Source: Candidatus Kaiserbacteria bacterium (lineage in GTDB: Bacteria; Patescibacteriota; Minisyncoccia; Phycocordibacterales; JABMNX01). Taken from it: DNA of 64,000 bases. Position 1 is the first letter of the stretch, and each line of letters opens with the position of its first letter. The notes under the pieces are model-generated. The model was given only the letters and a program-made list of their open reading frames with translations, ran no database searches and had not been told where the DNA came from. The translations under genes and the position numbers were made by a program. Where the stretch lies: positions 11,106 to 75,105 of the forward strand of contig JACPLB010000001.1 of the NCBI GenBank assembly GCA_016186705.1, written 5' to 3'. Positions 53,293 to 63,280 of this stretch are shown piece after piece.

Positions 53293-54276
53293 TCAGTATG
53301 TCGTAACAATTCCCGCTTTCTTACGCACGTCTTTCATCTTTTTTTCGGCTTTCCCGCGCATCTTTTCTCCGGAGGCCGCAAGAATCTTTTTTACGTATGA
53401 TTCGTCCTCTGCCAATTCATCTCGGCGCGCTCGAAACGGCGCGATAAATGCATCAATGTCTTCAATAAGCGTCTCTTTGAGCGCTTTATAGTTTCCGACG
53501 TTTGCGTCATAGAGTTCTTGAAGTTCCGCTTCGCTCTTGAAAAGTTTGTGAATCGCGTAAACATGTTCCGGACGGGCGCCGGAGGAGTCGGTGACGATAC
53601 TCATCACCTGTTTTGAAAGTTCGTCTCGCGAAGCGAAGAGCGGAATGGTGTTCCCGTAGCTTTTGCTCATTTTTCTTCCGTCAATTCCCGGCACGGTAGC
53701 GACACTCTCTTGTATGCGGACTTGAGGAAGAGTAAAAGTCTCTCCGTATGCTTGATTGAATTTCTGCGCGATGTCGCGCGCCATCTCCACGTGCTGTTTT
53801 TGGTCGGCGCCGACAGGAACGATTTCGGCGTCAAAGATAAGAATGTCCGACGCCATGAGGACCGGATAATCAAAAAGTCCCACAGTCGCTTCAAGCCCTT
53901 GCGCGGTTTTGTCTTTATAGGCAACGGCGCGGGAGAGATACGGTACAGTAATGAGTGTATTGAAAATCCATGCGAGTTCGGTCACGTGCGGCACGTCTGC
54001 CTGCACGAAAAGCGTCACTTTTTTCGGGTCAATGCCCGCCGCCAGATAATCCATCGCGGCACTCATTGTGTCTTTTGAGAGCTGTTCTTTATCTCTGACG
54101 CTCGTGAGCGCGTGGTAATTGACGATGGAGAAATAAGATTCGTACTTATCTTGAAGCTCAATGACCTGCTTCATTGCGCCAAAATAATTTCCAATGTGGA
54201 GTTGTCCTGAAGGCTGAATGCCGGAGACGAGTATCTTTGTGCCGCTCATTTCAAAAATAGTACCAGAAAACGGCAA
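53293..54276 (-). CDS. trpS: Tryptophanyl-tRNA synthetase
   Basis: SGIQPSGQLHIGNY (HIGH) and KMSKSYGN motifs; 327 aa. Confidence 0.9.
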   Translation of the reverse strand: MPFSGTIFEMSGTKILVSGIQPSGQLHIGNYFGAMKQVIELQDKYESYFSIVNYHALTSVRDKEQLSKDTMSAAMDYLAAGIDPKKVTLFVQADVPHVTELAWIFNTLITVPYLSRAVAYKDKTAQGLEATVGLFDYPVLMASDILIFDAEIVPVGADQKQHVEMARDIAQKFNQAYGETFTLPQVRIQESVATVPGIDGRKMSKSYGNTIPLFASRDELSKQVMSIVTDSSGARPEHVYAIHKLFKSEAELQELYDANVGNYKALKETLIEDIDAFIAPFRARRDELAEDESYVKKILAASGEKMRGKAEKKMKDVRKKAGIVTTY

Positions 54277-54302
54277 TTTTGGAAGTGTGTGAGACCTGTA
54301 GA

Positions 54303-55019
54303 TTATTCAGTAAAGACTTTTTTCAGAATACCGCTTTTTTCTATGTCTCTACCGGTCCCCCTCGCAACAATTTCCCCGCGAACCAGCACGTATGCCCTGT
54401 GTGCTATTTCGAGCAACGTCTTAAGATTATGTTCGACAACAAGGATGGTTGTCTTTCTGCGTTCGTTAATTTCCTTTATTTTTGCAAAAACCTGCTTAAC
54501 CAATTTGGGCGAAAGACCAAGAGTCGGCTCATCAAGGAGTAGTACCTTGGGGTCTGTCATTAACCCCCGAGCTAATACGAGCATTTGCTGTTGTCCTCCT
54601 GAAAGGGTTTTTGCTGAAGCATTGAGCTTGGTCTTTAAATCCGGGAAAATATCCAGTACCTCCTCAATGCGGCGATTCCTTTCCTTTTTGTTGTGAATGA
54701 TATAACCTCCTATTTCTAAATTTTCTTTAACGGAAAGTCGCGTAAAGACCTGTCTTCCCTGCGGCACATAGGAAATCCCACGCTGTACCATTTCATGCGG
54801 AATCGGCACCACCTCTGTTTCATGCCACTCTACCCGGCCTCTGCTAGGACTCGCCAATCCGAAGATTGATTTAATGATAGTGGATTTGCCGGCGCCGTTA
54901 GGACCCATAAGAGCCACAATTTCCCCCTCATCAATCTGAATTGTCGCGTTGTCAAGAGCTAGAACTCCTCCATAATGTACAGAAGCGTTTTCTAACTTGA
55001 GTAGAATTTCTTTTTGCAT
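54303..55019 (-). CDS. livF: Branched-chain amino acid ABC transporter ATP-binding protein (LivF-like)
   Basis: Walker A GPNGAGKST, LSGGQQQ and the DEPTLGLSP D-loop. Confidence 0.8.
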   Translation of the reverse strand: MQKEILLKLENASVHYGGVLALDNATIQIDEGEIVALMGPNGAGKSTIIKSIFGLASPSRGRVEWHETEVVPIPHEMVQRGISYVPQGRQVFTRLSVKENLEIGGYIIHNKKERNRRIEEVLDIFPDLKTKLNASAKTLSGGQQQMLVLARGLMTDPKVLLLDEPTLGLSPKLVKQVFAKIKEINERRKTTILVVEHNLKTLLEIAHRAYVLVRGEIVARGTGRDIEKSGILKKVFTE

Positions 55020-55104
55020 TCTCTTTATCTTACGCTACATTGTCAAAAATAAAAACTCTGTACGGGCGCAGAGTTTTTATTTTTAAATCTCTATAAGACC
55101 CTAA

Positions 55105-56268
55105 TTATTTTTTATATTCAACAAACTTTCCGCTTTTTATTACAAACAAACCAACCGCTGTGTTTTCTGCTGCATGATTGTTGTTGAATTTCACTATGCC
55201 ATTTGGTGTTGTAAAGCTATTTTTCTCAATATAAGTTGCGATTTCCGCTTTAGAACTGACTTTTGAAACAGCTTCCGCTAAAACATAAACCGCATCATAC
55301 GCCCTGTTAGCAGACTTTGTTGGTTCCTGCCCGTATCTGGCTTTGAATCTTTTAGTGAACTCATCCGTTGTGACATTCCAATCAAGGACGATAATGTTTT
55401 CAAGTAAATTTTTATTGATGTCCTTCATAGTTAGCGCGTCATTGATGCCATTATGAGTTATCAATTTAGGGTGAAAATTCAAATCTTGGGCTTGTCTCAG
55501 AAAGGTTAGATGATCCGCCGAAATCATATCCATAAATACCAAATCCACCTTGGCTTGCTTTAATTTCAAAATAGTAGTCTTGAAATCGGCTTGGCCTATG
55601 TTTTTATAACTTTCATCGATCACTTCCCCTTTACCAGCAACTTCAACTATAGGTTTTAGAACTCGGGTTATTTCTTGTCCAAAAACAGATTCAAAACGCA
55701 CTATCGCAAACTTTGTGTATTTTTCAGTCTGTAAATAATCTCTAAATGCCTCAAGAATCTTTTCAAAGTCAGTCATCATTATAAAACTTTTTTCATTGGT
55801 ATCAAATGCTCCAGGGATACGAGGACTTGAAGGAACAAGAAGCACCGTGTCGCCATTTTTCGCGAGAGGAAAAACAGCTTGAGTCACAAAATCAAAATTG
55901 CTTCCAATTATTCCGTCAACGTTATCAATACCGGTGAATTTATGATATAGACCAACGGCCACTTTAGGATCGGTTTGATCGTCCTCTATAATCACTTGCA
56001 CCATTCTACCTTTGATACCTCCTTTGGCGTTTATTTCTTCAACTGCTAAATCAATGCCCATCTTTGACATTTCCCCAAACGTTGCCGCAACGCCTGTCAA
56101 GGAAATTAGTCCACCAATCTTAATTGGTTCTTGAGAAGTTGATATACTATTTACTTTACTAGACTGCCAGTACCAAATGCCGCCAAAAAGAACCGCTATA
56201 ACAATAATCCAGATGCCAATTCTATGATTCATATTATTTCTTATTATACGCTTTATATAATGAAACAA
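55105..56268 (-). CDS. Liv-type periplasmic substrate-binding protein (paralog A)
   Basis: Signal anchor and IKIGGLISLTGVAATFGE...GIDLAVEEINAKGGIKG, the type I PBP/LivK signature. AT-rich gene. Confidence 0.75.
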   Translation of the reverse strand: MFHYIKRIIRNNMNHRIGIWIIVIAVLFGGIWYWQSSKVNSISTSQEPIKIGGLISLTGVAATFGEMSKMGIDLAVEEINAKGGIKGRMVQVIIEDDQTDPKVAVGLYHKFTGIDNVDGIIGSNFDFVTQAVFPLAKNGDTVLLVPSSPRIPGAFDTNEKSFIMMTDFEKILEAFRDYLQTEKYTKFAIVRFESVFGQEITRVLKPIVEVAGKGEVIDESYKNIGQADFKTTILKLKQAKVDLVFMDMISADHLTFLRQAQDLNFHPKLITHNGINDALTMKDINKNLLENIIVLDWNVTTDEFTKRFKARYGQEPTKSANRAYDAVYVLAEAVSKVSSKAEIATYIEKNSFTTPNGIVKFNNNHAAENTAVGLFVIKSGKFVEYKK

Positions 56269-56272
56269 AAAC

Positions 56273-57028
56273 TTACTCTCCTAAATATGCTTCAATAACC
56301 TCTTTACGCGAGAGAACTTCGTGAGATTTCCCTTCTGCAAGAAGTTTCCCTGCGTCAAGCACTATAAGATGATCAGAAAGATGCTTTATAATTTCCATGT
56401 CGTGTTCAATGAGAACGACCGTCTTCCCTTCACTTCTAAGTTTCTGCACGATACCGGCAACGGTCTTTTTCATGCTTGGAAATAACCCCGCGAACGGTTC
56501 ATCCAGAAGCATCGTATCACTTCCCATTGCAAGAGCGCGTGCAATTTCAAGAAGTTTTCTTTGTCCGTAAGAAAGATTCTCGGCGTTTTCATTTCGTTTA
56601 TCCCAAAGCCCAACTTGTTCAAGTACAACCTTGGCTTGTCGCAGATGAAAATTGGTATGATATTCAAAGAGAGAAAGAAATACGCCTCGCTCCGTAAGCA
56701 CGACTAGCACGTTATCAAGCACGCTCATTTGCTGAAATAAACGTACCTGTTGGAAAGTTCTGGTCATTCCGTACGTTCGTACGTCGTACGGCCGTATGCG
56801 TGAAAGCTTCATCTCGCTTACAAGCACCGCGCCGCTGTCAGACGGAACCATTCCTGTGAGCAGATTGACAAGCGTCGTTTTCCCGGACCCATTAGGACCG
56901 ACAATCCCCGTCACCTTTCCTTTTTCAATGCGAAGCGAAAGGTGGTCAACGGCATTGACGCCATTGAAATGCTTGTGAAGTTTTTGTGTTTGAAGGATTG
57001 ACACACTTACCATTGTTTTAATACTCAA
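56273..57028 (-). CDS. livG: Branched-chain amino acid ABC transporter ATP-binding protein (LivG-like)
   Basis: Walker A GPNGSGKTT, LSYGQRK and the LivG-type C-terminal extension. Confidence 0.8.
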   Translation of the reverse strand: MSIKTMVSVSILQTQKLHKHFNGVNAVDHLSLRIEKGKVTGIVGPNGSGKTTLVNLLTGMVPSDSGAVLVSEMKLSRIRPYDVRTYGMTRTFQQVRLFQQMSVLDNVLVVLTERGVFLSLFEYHTNFHLRQAKVVLEQVGLWDKRNENAENLSYGQRKLLEIARALAMGSDTMLLDEPFAGLFPSMKKTVAGIVQKLRSEGKTVVLIEHDMEIIKHLSDHLIVLDAGKLLAEGKSHEVLSRKEVIEAYLGE

Positions 57029-58190
57029 CCTTTACAAACCCTCCACTTCTCACTACCACCATTTGGAAAGCGTCTTCGGGAGTAATAACGAAACCTTTTT
57101 CATTGAATGTTATCTCCGGAAGTGAAGCTCCTTTAAAACTTCTCGTCTTTGCGAGCTCTTCTCTAATGGTAGCCCTGTCGGTGTTCCCCGCTCTTTCAAT
57201 CGCGTCAACGAGTACACGAACCGCATCGTATGACGTTACCGCTGACGGGAATAATGATTTTCGTTCGTATTTTTCAAAAAATAACTTCTCAAAGTCTTCG
57301 TATTCCTCTGTGTTATTCACGGGAGTGCTGAAATACAAATCTTCAAGAGCCTCGGGACACTGCCCGAGGACTGCTTTGCTTCCAGCGGATTCCGTTGAAA
57401 GAACTAACCCGTTGAAACCAATTTCCTTAGCTTGTTTTATAAAGGCACATTGATTGTAGTCACTAACGACTACGAAGATCGCTTGCGGATTTTTCTGGTT
57501 AATCTTTGCAATACTGGTCCTAAAATCAAGAGAGAGAGGATTGCCAAAATCAATATCATCAGTAATAGCTACTCCATATTGGGGAGCTTGTTTTGTTATG
57601 TAGTCGGCAGTAAACTTCCAAAATCCTCCATTTGTAAGCCGTAAAACCGCAATATTTGTAATGTCGCGAGCTTGAGCGAAACGGAGCAATTCAAGAATAC
57701 CAACTCGGTTATCATACCAGGTTGAAAAAAGATTCTCCCCTAAGCCGTCTGTCTCAACCGTGTCTGTAATGTCTGCGCCAATGGTTGGCACGCCGTGTTC
57801 TTCTATAAGAGGGAGAATGGCAATTGCCGGCTCATCCCATTGAGGACCAATGATTCCTACGACTTTATCAATATTAATAAGTTTTTGAGCAATTGTTCCG
57901 GCATTTTTCATTTTATCAAGCGAAAGGTCCTCTGGGATGAATTGAATTTCTCTACCCAACACCCCTCCATTTCTATTAATTTCTGCAATTGCCAATTCAG
58001 CTCCTTTCAATTCTTCCTCACCTATTGCCGCGCCTATGCCTGTCAAAGCGAAAATGCCTCCAATTTTAATGGGATTCTCTGAAGAGGGTTCTGAACTAAA
58101 ATTATTAAAAGCAAGAATAGCAATGATTATGAGTACTATGATAATTCCTGTAATCCATTTCACTTCTTTACTCATGGTTATTCCGCTCAC
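57018..58190 (-). CDS. Liv-type periplasmic substrate-binding protein (paralog B)
   Basis: IKIGGIFALTGIGAAIGEEELKGAELAIAEINRNGGVLG; AT-rich gene. Confidence 0.75.
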   Translation of the reverse strand: MSGITMSKEVKWITGIIIVLIIIAILAFNNFSSEPSSENPIKIGGIFALTGIGAAIGEEELKGAELAIAEINRNGGVLGREIQFIPEDLSLDKMKNAGTIAQKLINIDKVVGIIGPQWDEPAIAILPLIEEHGVPTIGADITDTVETDGLGENLFSTWYDNRVGILELLRFAQARDITNIAVLRLTNGGFWKFTADYITKQAPQYGVAITDDIDFGNPLSLDFRTSIAKINQKNPQAIFVVVSDYNQCAFIKQAKEIGFNGLVLSTESAGSKAVLGQCPEALEDLYFSTPVNNTEEYEDFEKLFFEKYERKSLFPSAVTSYDAVRVLVDAIERAGNTDRATIREELAKTRSFKGASLPEITFNEKGFVITPEDAFQMVVVRSGGFVKVEY

Positions 58191-59275
58191 TTAATAAACT
58201 CACCATCTTGAATTTTAAAAATAGCAGTTGGAAGAATTGTCCTGTTATCTTTTGTCCACTCTATAGCGCCGCTCACTCCCTCATAAGATTCCAGGTTCTC
58301 CATTGTTTTTATAATCTTTTCTCTTGGACCCTCTTGTCTTAACAGATCCAAAAGTAGAATAGTTGCGTCGTACGCTTGTCCCGCAGGAATACCAGGTTTA
58401 ATTCCATATTCTCGTTCAAACTTTTCTATAAAATTATTGCTGTATGATTCGGGAGTAATAAATTCTAACCCTTCTATATAATCTTTTGCTTCTGTTGCAA
58501 GATAAGAATCAACCTCAATGCTGTATAATTTCCCTTCATAGCCAAATTCATTGAGAACCTTGGTGGCGTGTATAAATTGATAATACGTTCCTAAAAATAC
58601 CGCTTCCGGCTTCGTATTAATAATTTTTATAATTGGGACTCTTACATCCGTGTCATCCGTTTGTGTAAGTTCTTTAGTTGATATTATTCCGCCTAATTCC
58701 TTAAATCGGCTTGCAAATGAATCAGATACTTCATTTTCCCAACTGTCATGGGTACCAAATACCGCAACAGTTCGAACTCCCTGATCAAAAACGTATTCCG
58801 CTATTTTATATGCTTCAAGGGACGGGTCCATCCAGACCATCAAGGGGTTTCGTGGGTTGTCGCGATTTATAATAGGAGCGTAGCTTGGAGTAATGACTGG
58901 AATATTCGCACTTGCTATATTTGAAGCAACGGCTGCAACTTCAGCTTGAAAGAGAGGTCCTACAACTCCGTCCACCTTATCCAATGTAATTAACTTTTGA
59001 AAGACAGAGATTGCCGTCTTTGGGTCTCCTTGAGAATCTTCAATGATTGTTTCCACTCCTATATCATAAGTTTCTTTAAAATCCTTCACCGCAAGATCAA
59101 ATCCTTTTTTCGCGTTCTCACCCCACCCGGCAGCGTCTCCAGAAAGAATAAAAATAGCTCCGATTCTGATATTACCGTCTACCGTTGATTTATTATTTAA
59201 GTAGAAAATAAACCCAAGGATAATTAAAATAATAACTGTCGTTGCGATTATCCACTTTGTTTTTATTGACATCAT
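58187..59275 (-). CDS. Liv-type periplasmic substrate-binding protein (paralog C)
   Basis: IRIGAIFILSGDAAGWGENAKKGFDLAV; AT-rich gene. Confidence 0.7.
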   Translation of the reverse strand: MMSIKTKWIIATTVIILIILGFIFYLNNKSTVDGNIRIGAIFILSGDAAGWGENAKKGFDLAVKDFKETYDIGVETIIEDSQGDPKTAISVFQKLITLDKVDGVVGPLFQAEVAAVASNIASANIPVITPSYAPIINRDNPRNPLMVWMDPSLEAYKIAEYVFDQGVRTVAVFGTHDSWENEVSDSFASRFKELGGIISTKELTQTDDTDVRVPIIKIINTKPEAVFLGTYYQFIHATKVLNEFGYEGKLYSIEVDSYLATEAKDYIEGLEFITPESYSNNFIEKFEREYGIKPGIPAGQAYDATILLLDLLRQEGPREKIIKTMENLESYEGVSGAIEWTKDNRTILPTAIFKIQDGEFIK

Positions 59276-59329
59276 TATATGTAAGGGTAGTAATCCGTAT
59301 TAAACAGAAACAACCTTAAGAAGTCAATC

Positions 59330-60196
59330 TTACAGCCGGTACCTGCCCAATAAGCCCTGCGGGCGGTATAGCATCAGCACAACAAGAAGGAGGCCGTATA
59401 CCACTTGCCGCATTTGAGCTGCAATGTCTGTCGGAAAACCAACAAACCGCAGTATTTCCGGCAAGAGAATGAGAATGACCGCGCCGAGAAGCGCCCCTCG
59501 ATGATTTGAAAGTCCGCCGAGAATAATAATAGAGAGAATGAAAACCGATTCAAAAAGAGTGAAAGAAGAGGGGTCAATAAACGTAATGTAAGAAGCAAAG
59601 AGAGAGCCAGCCACAGCAGCCATTCCCGCCCCAATAACAAAAACAGTTAGTTTGAAGTATGTCGTGCGGTATCCAAATACTTGCAGTGCTTCCTCGTCAT
59701 CCCGAATCGCTCGAATGACGCGCCCGAATGAAGAAGAGGTAATGAAATGAGAAGTGTAATAAATTGCGACAAGAAAGACGAGCGAGAGGAGCAAAAACTC
59801 GCTATTTGAATTAAAGTGAAATCCAAAAAGAGACGGCTTATCAATTCCGGGAATCCCAAGCGGACCGCGCGTCAGACTCTGCCAGTTCAAAAAAATCGAG
59901 TATACAATCACATTAAATCCGAAGGAAGCAAGGGCGAAGTAGTCATCATTAAATCGAGACAGAACGAGTCCGATAAGAAGACCCACCAGCGCGGTGAGCG
60001 CAATACTTACAAGAACGGTGAAAAAGAAATTCACCTCAAAGGAGGTCGCCAGAATAGCCGTTGTGTACGCGCCAACGCCGAAAAAGGCGGCGTGGGTGAC
60101 CGAGAGAAGTCCGGTGTAGCCGACGACGAGGTCAAGACTTATCGCAAGGATTGCGTAGATTGTTATAAGAATGCCCAGATGGACGAGGTATTCCAT
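59330..60196 (-). CDS. livM: Branched-chain amino acid ABC transporter permease (LivM-like)
   Basis: Polytopic, LivM-type permease pattern. Confidence 0.75.
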   Translation of the reverse strand: MEYLVHLGILITIYAILAISLDLVVGYTGLLSVTHAAFFGVGAYTTAILATSFEVNFFFTVLVSIALTALVGLLIGLVLSRFNDDYFALASFGFNVIVYSIFLNWQSLTRGPLGIPGIDKPSLFGFHFNSNSEFLLLSLVFLVAIYYTSHFITSSSFGRVIRAIRDDEEALQVFGYRTTYFKLTVFVIGAGMAAVAGSLFASYITFIDPSSFTLFESVFILSIIILGGLSNHRGALLGAVILILLPEILRFVGFPTDIAAQMRQVVYGLLLVVLMLYRPQGLLGRYRL

Positions 60197-60199
60197 ATA

Positions 60200-61069
60200 T
60201 TATTTTCTATTGAAAATCCCTTGCGGTCGAAAAATAAGGAAAATGATGAGTAAGGTAAATGCAATGGCGTCTTTCCACTCTCCCGAGATATACCAGATGC
60301 CAAAATTTTCTACCGTCCCGAGAAGAAGGGCTCCCATAACACCTCCAAAAACGTTTCCCACGCCGCCGACAATTGCGGCGATAACTCCTTTAAGGAGAAG
60401 AGAAAAACCCATTGTTGGAGTGATTCCTGTGTCAAAACCAACAAGAATGCCCGCAAGTCCGGCGATAGCCGAACCGATGAAAAATACCCTGCCGATGACT
60501 TTCTCGGTATCAATGCCGACAATACGCGCCACTTCTTCATCATCGCTGATTGCCCGAATCGCTTTGCCGAACATGGTTTTATACAGAAACCACGCAAGGA
60601 CGGACATAATGATGAGAGCAAGTACAAAAATGGCAATCTGGACGCTTGTCACGACTCCCCCGCCGATATGAAAAACGCCTCTCCCGAACAGGTCACTCGG
60701 CAAGGTCTGAAATTGGCTGGTAAAAAAAATGGCAATGACGGCTTGAAGGGCGGTAAAGACTCCGAGAGAGGCAATCAGCATAACGGTATTGGACGCTTTG
60801 CGCCCACGAAGCTTTTTGTATACGAATTTCTCAATGACAAATCCCAGTATTCCGGCAACTACCACGCCCGCAATAACCCCGACGAGCGTGGGGAAATTGT
60901 GCACTTTGGCGAGGTAAAACACGGTATAGGCGCCCACGGCAGCGAGCGCACCATAACCGATATCAAAAAACTTTGCCGTGGAGAAAATCAAGTTAAAACC
61001 CAAAGCCACCATGGCATAAATCGAGCCGGCAATGAGACTGTTTGCTATCAGTTGCGGGAGAATGTCCAT
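60200..61069 (-). CDS. livH: Branched-chain amino acid ABC transporter permease (LivH-like)
   Basis: Polytopic permease upstream of livM. Confidence 0.75.
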   Translation of the reverse strand: MDILPQLIANSLIAGSIYAMVALGFNLIFSTAKFFDIGYGALAAVGAYTVFYLAKVHNFPTLVGVIAGVVVAGILGFVIEKFVYKKLRGRKASNTVMLIASLGVFTALQAVIAIFFTSQFQTLPSDLFGRGVFHIGGGVVTSVQIAIFVLALIIMSVLAWFLYKTMFGKAIRAISDDEEVARIVGIDTEKVIGRVFFIGSAIAGLAGILVGFDTGITPTMGFSLLLKGVIAAIVGGVGNVFGGVMGALLLGTVENFGIWYISGEWKDAIAFTLLIIFLIFRPQGIFNRK

Positions 61070-61156
61070 TGCGATTTACGATACCTTATTCTTTTTCACT
61101 ATGCCAGATAAAAACCCCTAATAAAGGGGTTTTTATCTCATATAGCTGCGGAGTCA

Positions 61157-62281
61157 TTAATCCGAGTATGGCACTGACTTCCCGTTTTGAATGACTCGAA
61201 TATCAACTTCAGCGCCGACCAAATCTCCGACTTCATCGAAGGAAATCTTTGGAACAGCAATGGATTCGTCGTATGAGAGGTTGACGAGGGCTTTCTTGAT
61301 ATCGTCGGGATCTGTGCCAACATCTTTGATGACACTAAGCATTACGCGAACAGCATCGTAGAAGTACGGAGTAAATGCGTTTCCCGATACTCCCGAGAGC
61401 TCAAGAACTTTGTTCTGGAATTCTTCTGGATTGTTTGATTTACCTTGAATGTAAACAATCCCTTCTGCCGCCGGAAGTGAGAAAATAGATTCATCGGCAA
61501 AAACATCTCCTGCCACAACGGGGATGTTAAGGCCAAGTTCTCGAATTTGTCTTACGCCCGCGATTGCATTTTGAACATACACAGGAAAGTACAATGCTTC
61601 CGCGGCGGCCGATTTTACTTTGGTAAGTTGCGTACGTAAGTCAACTGAATCCTGCAACACTGATTCGTTTACACTAATCGTTCCGCCGAGTTCCTTGAAA
61701 CGTTTAATAAAGGTCTCTTGAATGCCCTGTCCCCAATCGTTTTGGACATACACAACTGCGACATTTTTTTTGCCAAGTTCGTTGAAGATGAACTCTGCCG
61801 AAACTTTGCCTTGAAGTGCATCAGATGGATAGACGCGAAAGATAAAATCTCCAATTGACGTTAGAGCCGGGGCAGAGCCCACTACGATAGTAGGAATGCC
61901 AGCACTTTGTGCAACAGGCAGTCCTGGTCCCGCGGCTGCCGAACAAAGTGGGCCTATAATTGCGTGGACTTTGTCGACATTTACAAGTTTATTGAAGACT
62001 GATGACCCCGCCTGGTTGCATTTATCATCTTCAATGATGAGTTCCACTACCCGACCATTAATACCGCCTTGGTCGTTAAATTCTTTTGCCGCAAGTTCAA
62101 CACCCCCACGAACAGCTTCACCGTAAGCGCTTGCTTCTCCGGTAAGCGGTAACGATACTCCAATCTTGATTGGTCCGGTCTTGTCAGACACTCTGTCTCC
62201 CGAAAAGGAGCTGTACCCGAGCCATACGATAAGTACGACCGCTATCACTCCTATAACCCACTTGATAACTGTGCTGTTCAT
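61157..62281 (-). CDS. Liv-type periplasmic substrate-binding protein (paralog D, operon-proximal)
   Basis: IKIGVSLPLTGEASAYGEAVRGGVELAAKEFNDQGGINGRVVEL. Confidence 0.8.
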   Translation of the reverse strand: MNSTVIKWVIGVIAVVLIVWLGYSSFSGDRVSDKTGPIKIGVSLPLTGEASAYGEAVRGGVELAAKEFNDQGGINGRVVELIIEDDKCNQAGSSVFNKLVNVDKVHAIIGPLCSAAAGPGLPVAQSAGIPTIVVGSAPALTSIGDFIFRVYPSDALQGKVSAEFIFNELGKKNVAVVYVQNDWGQGIQETFIKRFKELGGTISVNESVLQDSVDLRTQLTKVKSAAAEALYFPVYVQNAIAGVRQIRELGLNIPVVAGDVFADESIFSLPAAEGIVYIQGKSNNPEEFQNKVLELSGVSGNAFTPYFYDAVRVMLSVIKDVGTDPDDIKKALVNLSYDESIAVPKISFDEVGDLVGAEVDIRVIQNGKSVPYSD

Positions 62282-62382
62282 AATTGTTTAATATATAAAC
62301 GGCTAAAGCCAACAGACCGAGGTTCTTAAAAGTGTATTCCCCTCAATGCAAATGTCAACAGAGAAGGAGAAAGGCGTAATTA

Positions 62383-63150
62383 CTACTTTTCATTTTTATT
62401 ATCGCCCATATATTGATTCCACAACATGTCGTGCACAAGAGATAAGGTCTCCGAAACCTCATAGCTTTTTATCAAAATTGCATAGGGAGCATCCGAAAAA
62501 CTTGCGAAGAGCACCAGTCCTTTGGTAACGGCTACAATTGCCTGCATTGGAAAAGTCTTGGCTGACACAAGCACATTTTGTCTCAATTCCTCCTTGTCCT
62601 TTTCCAGTCGTTCTTTTATCCACGGCGTAAGCGGACCGACAGCGAGAATGCAACGGCAAAAAATTCTTTTTTGTACTCGTCTTTTTATAAAATCCTCAAA
62701 CTGGTACATGCTGGCAGTGGGGACGTTTGAAGCATTTTCAATAGTCTTCCACATTTTCGTTTTTGTGTTGTTCAAAAATGTCTCTACGGCTGACTCAAAA
62801 CCGGACATTCCGGGGAAAAACTCCGCTGATACCTTTGATTGAGACAGAACATACGATTGAGAAAGCTCTTTCACAAGACGTTCAATATTGACTTTGTTTC
62901 TTTCAAAAAGGTTCAGAAGCACTTTTGGATTAACGGCGTTATATTTAACGCGCTTGCCAATTTTTGTTTCGGTTACCAATCCTCTTTCAATCAGCTTTCG
63001 CAGAGGTGAATACACTGATGTCCTCGACATGCCGATAGTCTTAGAAAGGTCGCTAATTGATACATTGGGAATTCTTGTAGCGGCGAGATACGCCTTAGCT
63101 TCTGATTCGGTAAGGTTTAAATATTCAGTTAAAGGTTTGTACGATTTCAT
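62383..63150 (-). CDS. TrmB-family transcriptional regulator
   Basis: N-terminal wHTH (LTESEAKAYLAATRIPNVSISDLSKTIGMSRTSVYSPLRKLIERGLV) plus a TrmB C-terminal domain. Confidence 0.7.
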   Translation of the reverse strand: MKSYKPLTEYLNLTESEAKAYLAATRIPNVSISDLSKTIGMSRTSVYSPLRKLIERGLVTETKIGKRVKYNAVNPKVLLNLFERNKVNIERLVKELSQSYVLSQSKVSAEFFPGMSGFESAVETFLNNTKTKMWKTIENASNVPTASMYQFEDFIKRRVQKRIFCRCILAVGPLTPWIKERLEKDKEELRQNVLVSAKTFPMQAIVAVTKGLVLFASFSDAPYAILIKSYEVSETLSLVHDMLWNQYMGDNKNEK

Positions 63151-63280
63151 GCGTTTCCTTCGTTAAAACGACGACGAAATCGTCGTTTTAACTACATAAA
63201 ATAACCATATTTTACAACAAAAAGCAAGAGTGTCTGTCTTTTCTTTTGTCATTTCAGGATTACTCTATTACAATTTAATT